In this document: piece by piece, positions 1 to 12,936 of the stretch
How positions within the stretch are numbered: the stretch's first letter is position 1
How the letters are laid out: each line of letters starts with the position of its first letter
Assembly: GCF_963921235.1 (NCBI RefSeq)
Contig: NC_086107.1
Coordinates: 104,782,001 to 104,842,000, forward strand
DNA from: Mobula hypostoma
Taxonomy: Eukaryota
DNA: 60,000 nucleotides
Direction of reading: 5' to 3'
Made by a program: the position numbers and the translations under genes
Notes under the pieces: generated by a model
Told to the model about the DNA's origin: nothing
Database searches by the model: none
What the model saw: only the letters and a program-made list of their open reading frames with translations

Positions 1-2362
1 TCACTGCTGCTCTTTTGTTTGTGGACTGCTAAGTGAACCGTGTCTCTAGTACACTATGATGTAATCCACAAATATTGATATGCCAGGATAAGAGATTTGT
101 GATTTAAAGATAAAAGTTCACTTTATATTTCATTTGATTATTAAAGAGCTGCATGCTCAGTTCTTCCATGTGGAAATCTATGTAGTTTTCATAGTTTTCA
201 GTAATTCTGAATTTGAACTTGATTTACATGATCTTCTGAAGGCAGTGAGTATTCACTTCCTAAATAGGTAATTATAGAGTCAATCTTCAACGCTGTGAAT
301 AAATATCTGCCATCATTAATTTGTGGCTGTAATGAATTCACTTTGCTGTGGAATAAAATATTTATGTGCCTATTCTATTGAAATTTGGATCAAACGAGCA
401 TTTATTATTTGGATGAGGGAAAGAAAGATGAATCCAACTTCTGGTAATCATGGTTCAAGGTCTTGTCCGAGTGTGGAATAAGGGTGGATGAAGTGCTGTC
501 AGAATTAAGTTAAACTTTTAAATTTTTACTTTGAAACTAAATATTTTATCAACGTAGGTTGGTTAATGTTGGATTGCATTTTCTTCGTTATCTTAACAAA
601 GTCTTTGTATATTTGGTTTGTCTCTTTTTTGCAAGATTTGATCAGGAAATAATATATATGCGATCCAGCACTTAATAAGATTGTGGGGATTTTTGTCATC
701 TTTCTGTTCAGAGTGAACAGATACCGAACACTTATCTCTTCTGCACAACATTAGAAGTAATTACAGTATTAAATCAGAAGGCACTGGATTACAGTCAGCA
801 ACGGGCCGGGAGATGATGCTGGCATGAGGCAGCTGTTGTGTAGAGCTCTGATAGTGGTTCATCTGTTATTGGAGAAGTAGAAAATCCCTGGCGTGCAGCC
901 AACTTGCCGTGCTGGCTAACATATGTCATGCTGCGAGCTAAGATGAAGGCATTTTGATTTTGAATTTGTATATAAATGGTCTGCTATCTAGTGACTTCAT
1001 TGTAACTGTACGGAATGGTAAACACCCAGATAAACTGTCTGCTGGATTTTTCCATTTCTGCAGAGCATCACAAAATATGTATTTGCAAAATGACAGAAAA
1101 CTGGATCAAGCATTTGTTTTTTCAAGATTGAAAAACTAAAATTTGGAAGATGCTGAGTACTTGAACATCAAGTAAGCAAACCATACTTAATCACTGCTCG
1201 GCTTGCATTGTGTTTAGTGTATTGTAGATCAAAGGTGGGGGAGTGCTTTCCTGCAGGCTGGAAGAAAGCTTGGAAGTGAGTGTTGTATCCACCAGTCCCA
1301 GTATCTCTCCTGTGATTACTATAGTCGGTGGTGAAGATAGATATTATGAGAAACTGCTCTGAATAATTATTCAGAGAACAAGGGTAAAATATCAAGCAAA
1401 GGATGGCTGGAATTTTCCAGAAGTGTCATGAACTTACTAGTTATTTAAGATGTATGCTTCATGTGACATGGCAGATTTCAAATTTCATCGAGCTGAGGGT
1501 GTTTCTTGAGAAGATGGTCCCTAGTTTGACAAACAATGTTTGTGAAAATTATAGGAAATTTGAGTTTTAGGTTATTCAAGGGTTAGAGATTTGATTAACA
1601 AAATAAGAGTGTAAGGCATTGGAAGGTGAGGACCAGACTTGCTACTTGCTCCAGAACTATTACTGTAATTATCCAAATGTTTAGCTTGTGCAAGGACAAG
1701 GAGGTCAGTAATTTGGAGTGAGGGAACCTCCAGGTATTGGGAGAGCTCATTGCTATTACTTTTGCTGGTCCATTAAGTGCCACAGGGATGGGGCATTCAA
1801 GTGCTGAAAGGGTGGGGTATAACATGACCTCTGTGGGACTCATCTGATACCGCCTCCAGTTCGCAGTAGATTTCACTTGATTAATAGGTCAGCCACGAGA
1901 GGGAGAATCTAAATATTTATGGAGGACATCTTGCCAATTTGGGTCAAGTATCCTTGCCATCTCTGATTTAAGATTACAGTTAGTCAGATCAAGATGAGAA
2001 AATAATCTCTCAGTTCTCCATTCTGATTCCACCCCCAACTACACTAGGTAGGGAAATTTTAAAAGTCTTACTTTGGGTCCATTCACTCAAATTTTGTACC
2101 GTATTAACGGATGAAATCTGTTATCAATGTATGAAATCAAGTATCCACTGCAAGTCTCTTCCACATACTTGCCCCATTTCACTTGTGGGGAGACGGGGCA
2201 GGAAATATTTTGCAACAAGTTTTAAAAGGCACTATTTTCTTGCTTTCTCTATGTCTAATACCTGGTATATTTCATAACACACTGCAGCTAATATATTGCA
2301 AGAACTTTTGTAAATGCTGCAGGAGAATGAATCGTCCAGAATTATGGGTATTTGTCATATTA

Positions 2363-3205
2363 CAGGTCCACAATCCCTTATCCGAAATCCTTTGGGCCAG
2401 TTACATTTCGGAATTCAGAATATTTTGGATTTCAGACCCCCACCCCCCCCCCACCACCAATACCAAAAAACACGTATGCTCAAGTCCCTTATTCCCTTAT
2501 TTAACCTGGTTCAGTGCGGTGGATTTTAGGACCCAGCGGTGCACCAAACCTATGCACATCCTCCTGTATACTTTAAATCATCTCTAGATTACTTATAATA
2601 CCTAATACAATGTAAATGCTATTTAAATAATTGTTATACTGTATCGTTTAGGGAATAATGATGAAGAAATTTTATTTCCAACAAAAACATTCAATAAACA
2701 TAAAAATATACAGCTTCAAATGAACCAAATCAAACACATGGTAAATGACTTATTGGAATAAATGTAGAACGTCACTGTCACTATAAAGCTTCAGTAACTT
2801 GTCTTTCTGTTTATTTAAATCATATACAGTGGTAGTTCTGACACTATTTTCTTCAGTAAGACACCGCACAGACACACCACGATCAAGCTTCTGCAATAGC
2901 TCCACCTTCTGCGTTATTGATAGAGATGATTCCTTCTCTTTTTCTCATTGTTACTCATAGGGGTATCTACAGCTCTTTTTGACATTTTCACAGTGAAATT
3001 AAACACAAAGTCAACAGTGAACACAAAATATCAGCGAACAGCAAATGCACGTGTAACCAGTACGAGCGCTGAGCCACAACTGATGTCTGGCGGCCTCTGC
3101 TAGTGCTGCCGCGTCACACCTGAGTGACATCAGCTGTTGGTGAAAAATCTTCGGTTTTCGGAGCTTTTTGGATTTCAGAATTTCGGATAAAGGAATGTGC
3201 ACCTG
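2363..3205. mobile_element. Non-autonomous Tigger/pogo-type MITE with MER2-like interior
   Basis: TA flanks. Imperfect TIRs CAGGTCCACAATCCCTTATCCGAAAT and (reverse complement) CAGGTGCACATTCCTTTATCCGAAAT. No transposase ORF. Confidence 0.85.
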
Positions 3206-4605
3206 TACTATAAAAGGTTTCATACCCACCTTCAGTGTTCCAGCACTTCATCTCAGAAATGTATTATAACTTTGATGTTCATTGATGTTTTCTTTTTCAC
3301 TTGTACTTTACCTGTTGATCTGAGCTATACTTTGAATTAAAGTTGATGTTTCTGAGATTTTGCAAGCAACTAAGAAAGAAATGACACTTCTCTGACAATG
3401 CTCATATTGGTGGCACATCCTTGGGCATTTTGCTTTTTTTTTTGCGGTGTACACAGTTTGTAATTAAGAAAATGCATCAGCCAGATTGTGGACAAGTTAA
3501 TATGAAAAGCCACAAGAAAAAGACTAGGTGAAATTTACTGATGTTGATTGAAATTTTTTTTTGCTGTGGTATTAGTTCCTATTTATTGTTTCTCTTCATA
3601 TTAATGCCATGGAATCTTTATTGCCCACATGACAAAGCAATGGTGATGTATCAGTTTAACAACTTGTTCCCAAAGGTTTCCCCAGAGCTGCATAGAAGTG
3701 TTTACCAAGATTGTACTTTTCCTCCAAGTGAGGCTTGGACCTAAAATGGCTGACTTCAGGACAGAAATATGATCTACCAAACCTCATATTGTAGTAATGT
3801 TAATCTTTTTGTGGCAGACGCAGACCGCAAGAGATGCATTTGATTTTAGAAGATGTTTACTTTAATACATGCAAGACTATATTCGCTAGAAAGGCATTTA
3901 CATTTCACACTAATTAACATTTAGTGATGTTTAGGGTTATCCCAGCAAATATGCTATCCAGAAGCACTCTGATAGTTTGCTTTGGAAAAAAAATTGAAAT
4001 TTAGTTTCAGAAGTTGACCCTCTGGCTAAGTATGTTTGCAGTTCTTGTAACTTTTCAAGCTATCAGAAACTAAGGATTAAACATAAATATGTTTTGCTAA
4101 ACCACAAATGGAAACCCTTACACTGTCACAAAGAAATTCATTAAAATAGACTATTTTTCTGAGCTACTATACCAGTAAAATACAATATATAAAACTGATT
4201 AGAATGCTCTCTTGAAAGGCATTGCAGCTTTGGCTTGTAAAAAGTGACGCCGGTTTGAACTAAAGTGACAAGTGTGCACCTGTTCATGTCTATTACTGTA
4301 CAGACGCATTGGTTCCTTTTTAAAAAAAAAAGGTTCTTGGGTGGGGAAAACAGATGCCTTCTCTACACACAGACCCAGTCTTCAGGGCCAGGATTTGAGA
4401 GTTAATCTGCAGAAGTTTGATTGCAACAGCTGAAAACGTTACCGGGCAGAAAACCTCCCCTCCTCATGTTGCTGAAGGCCTGCACTGTGTGCATCACAAA
4501 TCCTTAAACAGCTGTTCACCATTGACGGATAGACCAATTCACTCTCACCCCAGCCATACTGCCCTGATTCTCCTTAATTCGAGTGTCCTACAGCAACTTG
4601 TAAGC

Positions 4606-4650
4606 ATGTTCAGTGTCTACTGTATGGAATATCCTTACCCTGTATTACAG
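4606..4650 (+). CDS. Candidate alternative RBFOX2 start exon MFSVYCMEYPYPVLQ
   Basis: agcATG followed by 15 codons and a consensus donor CAG|GTGAGT in phase 0, in repeat-free and relatively CpG-retaining sequence. No transcript evidence. Confidence 0.5.
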
Positions 4651-5659
4651 GTGAGTACTGGGTTAGAAATCCACGTTTTTCAGTCCGTTATTCTGGGACT
4701 GAGCCAGTGGTAATGTCTTACGGATTTGATGAAGGTTCTGCCTCAACAATACAGAGCCAGCATAGGTTCGTGGACCAGCAAATAAACTGTTTCAGTGAAG
4801 AAGCTTTCTGATTAAAATGTGCTTGAATCCTGTGAGGTTATTTCTGTACTGCACTGCAGAGTTCTATAGATCTTGAAGCAGTACTGCCACAATTTCCATA
4901 GAGGGGAGGCAGTAGCATAGCATTTTAAACTCCCAATTTTTAAGAGTTCTTTTACTGCATTGATGCACACCACTGTGCAGCCAGTTTTACCATTAGTTTC
5001 ATAATGGGTATAGTTGTGAGACATAATTTATATAATTGCGCTTGAAATTATTTTGTAATGTCAATACTATTGAAATACTATTTTGTAAGGAAAGATTGCT
5101 TCTGAAGCATGGAAATATCCTAAAAATCTAAATCTTTGGTTTAGCAACTTGTGCAATGCTCCCCCCCACTCCCCATCTTATCGTGAGGGGGTGAGGGCTG
5201 GCATTCTTAGAAAAAAAGCTGCGTCATGATTGTCCGTAATGTGAAGCCGCGTCATCTGCACGTGTCAAGAAACAAGGTCATTCTTCCATTCTTCTTGGGA
5301 AAAATATATTTACTTGTTATTCCCACGCAAGTTCAGTGAAAGCAAATTTTATTCAATATCTCAAATTTTTGGATATTGATTTGTGAATTCTGTAAGGGCA
5401 GATTTTCGTAACTGAAATGCTGTAACATGGGGATCAACCATACTCATGAGGAGCTAGTTAGGCTTCAGACGATCTCTTGTTAGCTTTGGTGTCAGTGGAA
5501 AATCTGCAGGATTTCTGCTTTTTGGTATCCATTAATGCTGCTGGAAAATTTGTAAGCACAGATAATAGGTGGAGGGTTTTGATTTCAGCTGTGATTCCAA
5601 CCCCCGCCCCTTTTAATTCCATATTCTGCTACTTGATGGTTTGCACTGTAGAATGACTG

Positions 5660-5758
5660 CTTGAATAACATTAGCTGCAGTTCAGAAGTACTTTACTGAA
5701 TATAAAGCACTTTGAGATGACTTTGAGGACATGATGAGGTACTTTATAAATGCAAGTG
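5660..5758 (+). mobile_element. DeuSINE (SacSINE1/AmnSINE1-like) 3' tail remnant
   Basis: taaagcactttgagatgac...ggtactttataaatgcaagt resembles the recalled AmnSINE1/SacSINE1 3' end. Confidence 0.55.
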
Positions 5759-7176
5759 CGGTGAGTTAATGGTAGTACCTCTCCCAAGTGCCATTTGTGA
5801 TTATACCCACTGAATTAATGAACAGAGAGAGAAGAGGAGAAAATAAGGGGTAAAACCAAAGAAATCATTCTTCCCTGCAGTTTTGTACTGAATTTGAATC
5901 AGTTAGAAGAATGATGAGTTCCATTGATTACTAACTGAAGGATTTACTATGTATATAACATAGATACACAATTAAATGTTATAAATTATGGATATCTTTG
6001 AGGTACTCAAGTTCCAATGTTGATGATAAAACGATATCAAAGATTTGTATAAAATTTTGTAGACTTTGCAAGATATGTATTTATACTGTGTTTGCTCAAC
6101 AAATATTCCTCTATTGTATTCTACACCTCTTTATCAACTCTCTTCAATCCTTGTGGTGATCATATGTTGCCACCTTTGTATTTGCAGTTTCTGCTTGTTA
6201 TTTTCTCTTGACTAGTTGACAGTCTCAGAACTTTACACCCATGCATGGCTTACCAAAGGGCTGATATAGCCCCAGATAGATAAGTTGACAAATTGCGCAA
6301 GCATTTGTAACAATATTGCACAAACCTCTTTCTTACTAGATAGACGCAGGATTGTTTTGCTGTTTTGAATGTACAAAAACGGGAGTTTTTTTAAAGAAAT
6401 TGTGCTTTAAATAAGGAAGGTTAGAACAAAGAACTTTTTCAGAAATATCTGTACATGCAGATAAATGTGTTCTTAATTTTCTTTGATTTTGTTTTTGAAA
6501 TTAAATTTACTTTTCAGAAATAGTTACATTGACATGATTTTAATCCTGCTGATGCAACTTTTTTTCTTTATTAGTTAGAGTGATAGGCACAGATGGACAG
6601 GAATGTTTAGCTGCAGGCTGCTCAGGCAGGCCAAGCTTAAAATAGTACTACTTGAAAAGCAACAGAAGCATTTTACAGTTTGAAATCTTGTCTTAATTTT
6701 CTTAGTTATAGTATCTTAGATATCATTTCTATCTGTCACTCTGGTTGCACCTCTAGCATTGTCCTTTGTTCCCTTAGAGAGCAAAGATGTGTACAATCAG
6801 ACAATTTTAGCATAGGAAGAGACAAGTCAGTCCAGCCTGGCCAAAAATGGATGAAATTAATTTACTTCCTATCTCATTAGATCCATACTGTGCAAGTTAA
6901 GATTCTTCGAACTGTTAATCTCTTCTATACCCTGTTTGGTAGTATCACATCCTTCATATAGAGAGCTGTCTGGAGCAGGATATAGGCCACAAGAAGAGTG
7001 CTAACAAATAATTTTAGATGTTTATAACATGAACATCTTTCTCTTGCATTCTTTGCCTCAACTATTAGTGGTGAACATTCTCTTTGTTAACCACCTTCCC
7101 TGATTGCCTTAAGAATTTGTGGTCATGCACTTCAAGTCCTCCCAGTTTCTTTAAATTACCTAGCATTTTTCATGTA

Positions 7177-7769
7177 CAGTGGATTCTAGCTAATTACACC
7201 AGCAGCCACTTATTTGGGACAACTCTTAAAGAACAAAAACTAAACGAGAAAATAGCCAGGATTTTCTTTGTTTATTTGAGACAAGAGACTGTTGCTGAAC
7301 AGTTTTGAACTAGCATCGGTTGTATGTACTTGGGTGGCTGTTAGACACTGAACCATACTTGGAGTGAACAGTTTTAAAATCATGTCAGTTGCACGTGTTT
7401 GTGTTCAAAACACAGTGATTTTTGTCACTGATGGTTGGCGAGAAGTAAAGAGTAAGACAGTTTGGAACTGTGTTGCTATACTAGGTGTCTGCGCTGATTT
7501 TGTTCATGTAGTCGATTAAAAGATTGGATGAATTCCTTTGTCGATAACTATTAGAAACTAGTACACAGTTTTATAATATTGTAGCATTGTTAGTGTTTTA
7601 ATTTGTTCTGTATTTCATTTAAATGCATAATCTTTTACTTAATTAAATGGTAGATCGTCTTTTTTTAATACCTTTAACAATTTTCATGAAATTTCAGCTA
7701 ATTTGGGCAGCCGTTTAATGGGCCAAAATCTGCTGGTCCCAATGTGTCCCAATTAACCAGAATCCACTA
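7177..7769. mobile_element. Non-autonomous Tc1/mariner-pogo superfamily MITE
   Basis: Left end TA|CAGTGGATTCTAGCTAATT and right end AATTAACCAGAATCCACT form imperfect TIRs. No ORF. Confidence 0.75.
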
Positions 7770-8389
7770 TTACCTTGCCTTATTTGCCATATCAGAATGC
7801 ACAGTACCTCTGGATTCAATTTAATATACAATTTTTTGGGCTAGCTGGGAAGGAACTTAATATCTTCCTATAACTTGGCTCTTTCTCCTAAACCATTGAG
7901 AGCACTCAGTCTTGGTGGTGGTGATGGTTTAACATTTTTAAGTGTCATCCCTGCATTGAAGTCCTGTACATGTAACAGGGTATAAGGTGGATGGGAGGGA
8001 GGAAAGGGGCTTGTTTTTCTGTTCTTGTTGCTTCGGTTGTTCTATTGAATATTGCTACATGCTATTTTGGTGCCAGAATATGTAGCAACACTTGTGAGCT
8101 GCCACCAGGGCATGCTTTCATTGTGTTAGTTGTTATTGCAAACAATAGATATCTCTGTATGTTTCAGTGTATATGTGATAAATGAATCTGAATCTGCAAC
8201 AAAACATGAAGACTGATTCTGAGTTTTATGGAAACTCCGAATCAAGTAGCTCTCCAGTCACAGAAAAATTTCTATAAAAAACTTTGCTTTCTGCCATTTG
8301 GTCAACTTTACATCTGACTTGCCACTTTCTATTGAATCCCATGGGCTTTTGCTTTCTTGATCAGTTTGCCATGTGGGACATTTGCATCA

Positions 8390-9980
8390 TGAAATGCAGA
8401 TGCTGAGCTCCCTAAAAGTGGCAAGACACATGAAAAGGATAAAGAAGTGATGCAGAATACTTGCCTTTGTCAGGGCATTGAATATAAAAGTTAGAAAGTC
8501 AAGTTGCAACTGTGTAAAACTTTCGATAGGACACACTTTGTGTGGAGTTCTGATAGCCACACTATAGAATGATTGTGGTGGCTTTGGAGAGGGTGCGGAG
8601 AGGTTTACCAGGATGTTGTCTGGATCTTGATAGTATTAGCTGTAATAAGAGGTTGGACAAATTTGGATTATTTTTACTAGAGAATTGAAGGCTGGGGGGG
8701 CGAGCAGATGGATGTATACAGGTTTCCCCCGCCATCCAAAGGTAGAGCGTTCCTATGAAACGGTTCGTAAGCCGGAATGTCGTAAAGTGAAGAAGCAATT
8801 ACCATTCATTTATATGGGAAATTTGTGAGCGTTCGCAGATCCAAAAAATAACCTACCAAATCATACCAAATAACACCCGGCACCTAATTAATTACCTTGT
8901 TTATTATGGCTTTTTTCTTAAAGATGTGCTGGGTGCATCCCGGCTACTACTGCATTCTCCGCAGCAATGTATCGGTCCGTGGCCCGGGTGGTGGGACACT
9001 GGGGTGTCATCTCATCGTTGTTTGTTTCCATCAGGGCAAGCAGTTCATCTTCTTCAATGTCTGCCTGCCTCAATGTCGAAGGTCGAGGTTCGTCGGCTGA
9101 TGTGGAAGGCTTGAAAAATGTCAGTATGCTTGACTGCTTTGCCTTGCGCATTTTTCTATCATCTCATGCAGTTGCTTCACGTTCAGTTCCTGGACAACTT
9201 CACTTTTGGTCCGTTCACTACTGCATTCGGTTTCGATTGTTATCCTTCCCTCTTCGAATTGCGTCAGCTCTTCATCTATCAGTTCTTGGTCATGGGATGC
9301 CAAAACCTCTTCAACATCATCTTCATCAACTTCCACAAGCCAAACTCACTTTGTTCTTACTTCATTCACCACAATCGAAATGCTTAATTATGTCTAGTTT
9401 TACGCTAAGTGTAACATCCTTACAAGCTCTTTTAGGCTTTTCCGATACCGTAAAACTCATCTTGCTAACGGCTGCTCAGAGGCAGGTGTTTAAGCAATGC
9501 CGGCTAGAATGCCGTTCCGGGGAGGAGCTTGGCTGCTCGGGGCACGCGCTGTCTTTTTTTTGTAACAGTGAAAACACCTTCTGTTAGCGAAAACAGGTAA
9601 CTGATGTAGGTCTTTCATAACAGCGAGGTTTCGTAAAGCGAATGTTCGAAAAGTGGGGGACACCAGTATCCAATTATGAGAGGTGTAAACAGTAGGAGTC
9701 TTTTTTCCCCAGGGTGAAAAAGTCAAATACTAAATGGCATAGGTTTATGGTGAGGGGAAAATTTAAAGGAGGTGTGCAAAGAATGTTTTTTTACAAATAC
9801 ACTGTAGGTGCTGGGAATGCACTGCCTGGGGAGGCAGTGCAAGCAGATATGATGGTGACATTTTAGGCAGACACCTGAACAGCAGGAAGGTGGTATATGG
9901 ACCATGTGCAGACCAATGGGATTAGTGTACATTGGCATCCTGAGCCAAAATGACCTGTTCCTGCACTATATTATGTGCAT
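8390..9980 (+). mobile_element. CR1-clade LINE 3' fragment interrupted by a Tigger element
   Basis: CR1 ORF2 C-terminal and 3' UTR motifs (gagaggtttaccaggatgttg, cttttttccccagggtg) continue on both sides of 8719-9666. Boundaries approximate. Confidence 0.75.
8719..9666 (-). mobile_element. Internally deleted Tigger (pogo-like) DNA transposon
   Basis: TA target duplication. TIRs CAGGTTTCCCCCGC and (reverse complement) CTGGTGTCCCCCAC. Minus-strand remnants EVDEDDVEEVLASHDQEL.DEEL and KQSSILTFFK are typical of Tigger transposase C-termini. Confidence 0.88.
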
Positions 9981-10434
9981 TGGCAACATCAAACAGACTG
10001 CCCTTCAATCACTCATCTACCCTTTATCCCTTTTTAAACATTAGTCCTTTGGCAGTCGTGTTGTTTCCAAAAAGCATAGGCAAAACTATCAAAGCCTTTG
10101 TTATTTCACCTCTTCCTGGCCTGATTTATTTATTTTTGAATATGCTAGACCCCTTTATTTATCCAGATAATTCGTGTCTACCCTTATTTCCAACTGATAT
10201 ATATCCTGCTGAATTCTGACAACCTTCTCCACTGTCCACAACTCTTGTCAATCTTTGCGTCATCCACAAGTCTACTAATCACCTTGCCAACATTTTTGTC
10301 CAAATCATCTGAAACAGAAGTCCCGCCACTAATTCCTGTAGAAGAGCACTGTCCCAACCCTTCATTCAAAATGATACTCTGTACTACCACCCTGTATCTT
10401 CATGGCCAAGCTAATATGAATCAACTTTGCAGCT

Positions 10435-10665
10435 CTTTACTTCAACCCTTCCCTTTCAGGATTCACCTATCGCCTTGTGTTTCTCTCTCCCTTCCCCCAC
10501 CTTTTAAGTCTTCTCATTTATTTTATTTAGTCTTGCTGAAGGGTCTTGGCTCGAAATGTCAATTGTATTCTTTTTCCATAGATGCTGCCTGGCCTGCTGA
10601 GCTCCTCCAGCATTTTGTGTGTGTTGCTTGGATTTCCAGCATCAGCAGATTTTCTCTTGTTTATG
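10435..10665 (+). mobile_element. Penelope-like element 3' end with degenerate hammerhead motif
   Basis: tagtcttgctgaagggtcttggctcgaaatgtcaattg followed by gatgctgcctggcctgctgag...ccagcattttgtgtgtg, the same tail as the GIY-YIG-bearing copies at 13430 and 45135. Confidence 0.75.
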
Positions 10666-11078
10666 AATCCGGTCTACCAAGTCTTCGTAGATCCCATGTG
10701 CTTGACCTTCTGGATGAGTCTAGCATGAAATAACTTTGTTAAAGTCCATATAGACAACATCCACTGCCCTATTCTCAATCACCTTCAGCACCTTCTCAAA
10801 AAAAAATCCATTTGTAAGACATTCTCTCCTCTTAAAAAGCTGTGCTGATTATCTCATGTTTTTTCAGATGTGAGGAAATCATACCATGATAATCTTTTAA
10901 AATAACTTCCCTTCCACTGATGTAAGACTCACTGAGCTATGATTTCTTGGTTTGTTTCTATTGCCCTTAAACAAAGGAATACTATTGGCTATTCTCCAGT
11001 TCTCTAGAACCTTGCCTGTTAGAGAGGATGCAGTAAGCTCTGTCAAGGCCCTAGCGATCTCCCCTCTTAATGACCCAG

Positions 11079-11203
11079 TGTGGTTCCTGACATGCCGTAC
11101 AGGTTGTGAAAGCCTCTGTATATAGTTTTGACGTTCGAAATAAAGTTATTTCTTTGGGCATGAAGTTGTCGAGTGCGCCTTTTTCAAAGTAGAAGTTACC
11201 ACA
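11079..11203 (+). mobile_element. 125-bp putative solo mini-LTR
   Basis: TGTGGT...ACCACA termini, internal AATAAA, flanks CCAG/TCAG (near-perfect 4-bp target duplication), CpG-retaining within decayed CR1. Confidence 0.5.
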
Positions 11204-12116
11204 TCAGACCTTGGGAATGTCCACCTTAATGTTCTCAAAAGATCTTATTCACCACCACCTCCTCGATATTAACGAGCCCTAGGATATCATATATTCCACC
11301 ACAATTTTACTATTCAACATTTCTTCCCCCTCAGTGAATACAGATGTGAAGTGCTCAATGCCCATGTCCTCTGGTTTACTTTCCTTTTTTTGTCTTGAGT
11401 GGCTCTATCCTCTACCTAGCTACCCTCTTGGTTTTTATGTATGTATAAAATACCTTGGGCGGCTTTTTAATCCTACTCACCAAGGACATTTTATGATCCC
11501 TTTTAGCCCTCTTGAATCCATGTTTAGGTTCTTCCCTATTTTATATTTTTCAAGGGCCCTAAACCTTGTGCATCCTTCTTGTTAACTTAGTTTACAGCAT
11601 TTCTTGGCATCTAGGATTCTCAAATCTTGTCATCCTTACCTTTCTGCCTCACAGGAACATGTCCTGAATTCTGACCAGTTGACTTTGAAGTCATTCCCAC
11701 ATGTCAGGTATGGACTTGACCAACAACAGCTGTTCTCATTCTTCTCTCCCTAGCTCCTGCCTAAAACTTGTAATTATCCTTCACCCAGTTTAGCACTTTC
11801 TCCCAAGGTTCTGTCTTACTTTATCCATAACAATTTGAAAACTTGGGTGATGATCACTTTTTTGCAAAATGATCTCCCACTTAAACTAGCCATGCTTAAT
11901 TCCTAATCCATTAGAGAGTCTAAGTCATATTAGACTCTAATATCTTTAGTTGAACTACTGACATGCAGGTTTAAGAAACCATCCTAGATTTACCTAACAA
12001 ATTCTACCCCATATAAGTCCCTGGCAATAAAGAAGTCTCAGGTCAGTATTGGAAATTAAAGTCACCCACTGCAAAACCCTTTTGCTTTCAAGTCTTTCCA
12101 TAATCTGCCATCGTAT

Positions 12117-12936
12117 CAAAGATTCAAAGTAAATTTATTATCGAAGTATGTATGCAGTATACAACCCTGAGATTCATCTTCCCACAGACAGCCACGAAAC
12201 AAAGAAATCCATAAAATCCGTTCAAAAAGAAACAGCAAATCCCAACACTCAAAACAATCACACAAATGGCAAAAAGCGAGCAAAAAACACAATATAACAT
12301 CAAACCACAGCCATCGAAGCAGTCCAGGAATATTCAGTTCAGCTCAATTCAGTCTAATATAGCATGCATTGTTCATTGACTGAAGACCACAGAGCCAGTC
12401 TGCCCCAATCAAAATCACGCTAAATAGCAACAAAAAAGGAGCAACCAGAAACGCTTCATAACATGAATTACAGAGCTCAATGCACAAACTGCGTCGAGTA
12501 AACCTTGCCCAAGACCCAAGACAGTGGCAGCATCGAACAAGAAGGGAGAAACACTGATCAAACACAGACATCTTCCTCTGGGAACAGCGAGAGAGAGGGT
12601 GGTTATTCGCCAGCAGATAGTGCTGAACACCCACTCATCTTTCCTTTCGCTCTCCTCCTCATTGATTTCAATCATCTTCAACACTTTAATGGGTGAGAAA
12701 TGAAGTCGATTATGGGCTCACGCCCCATCTCTAGGCCATACGATTCACTTGAAACCTCACCGAAGTCCCTTGGAGACAGCAAAGTGCCAGATCATTCAAT
12801 CGGCACAAAACCACACCATCGAAATATAGATCACAGGCTCCAGTAGCAGAATCATATTTGAAAAAAAGTAGTGAAAGAAGTAGTTTCATTAATTGTCTGA
12901 AGGATGTTGCATTGTTTGCTGATGCCATCTTCTTCC
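12117..12936 (-). mobile_element. Non-autonomous LINE-derived retroposon
   Basis: Minus strand begins GGAAGAAGATGGC and ends ...AATAAATTTACTTTGAATCTTTGA. Related 3' ends occur near 25155-25220 and 42028-42180. No RT ORF. Confidence 0.55.

Noticed and set aside
8967..9587. 206-aa plus-strand ORF
   Set aside because: Antisense shadow of the Tigger transposase remnant.
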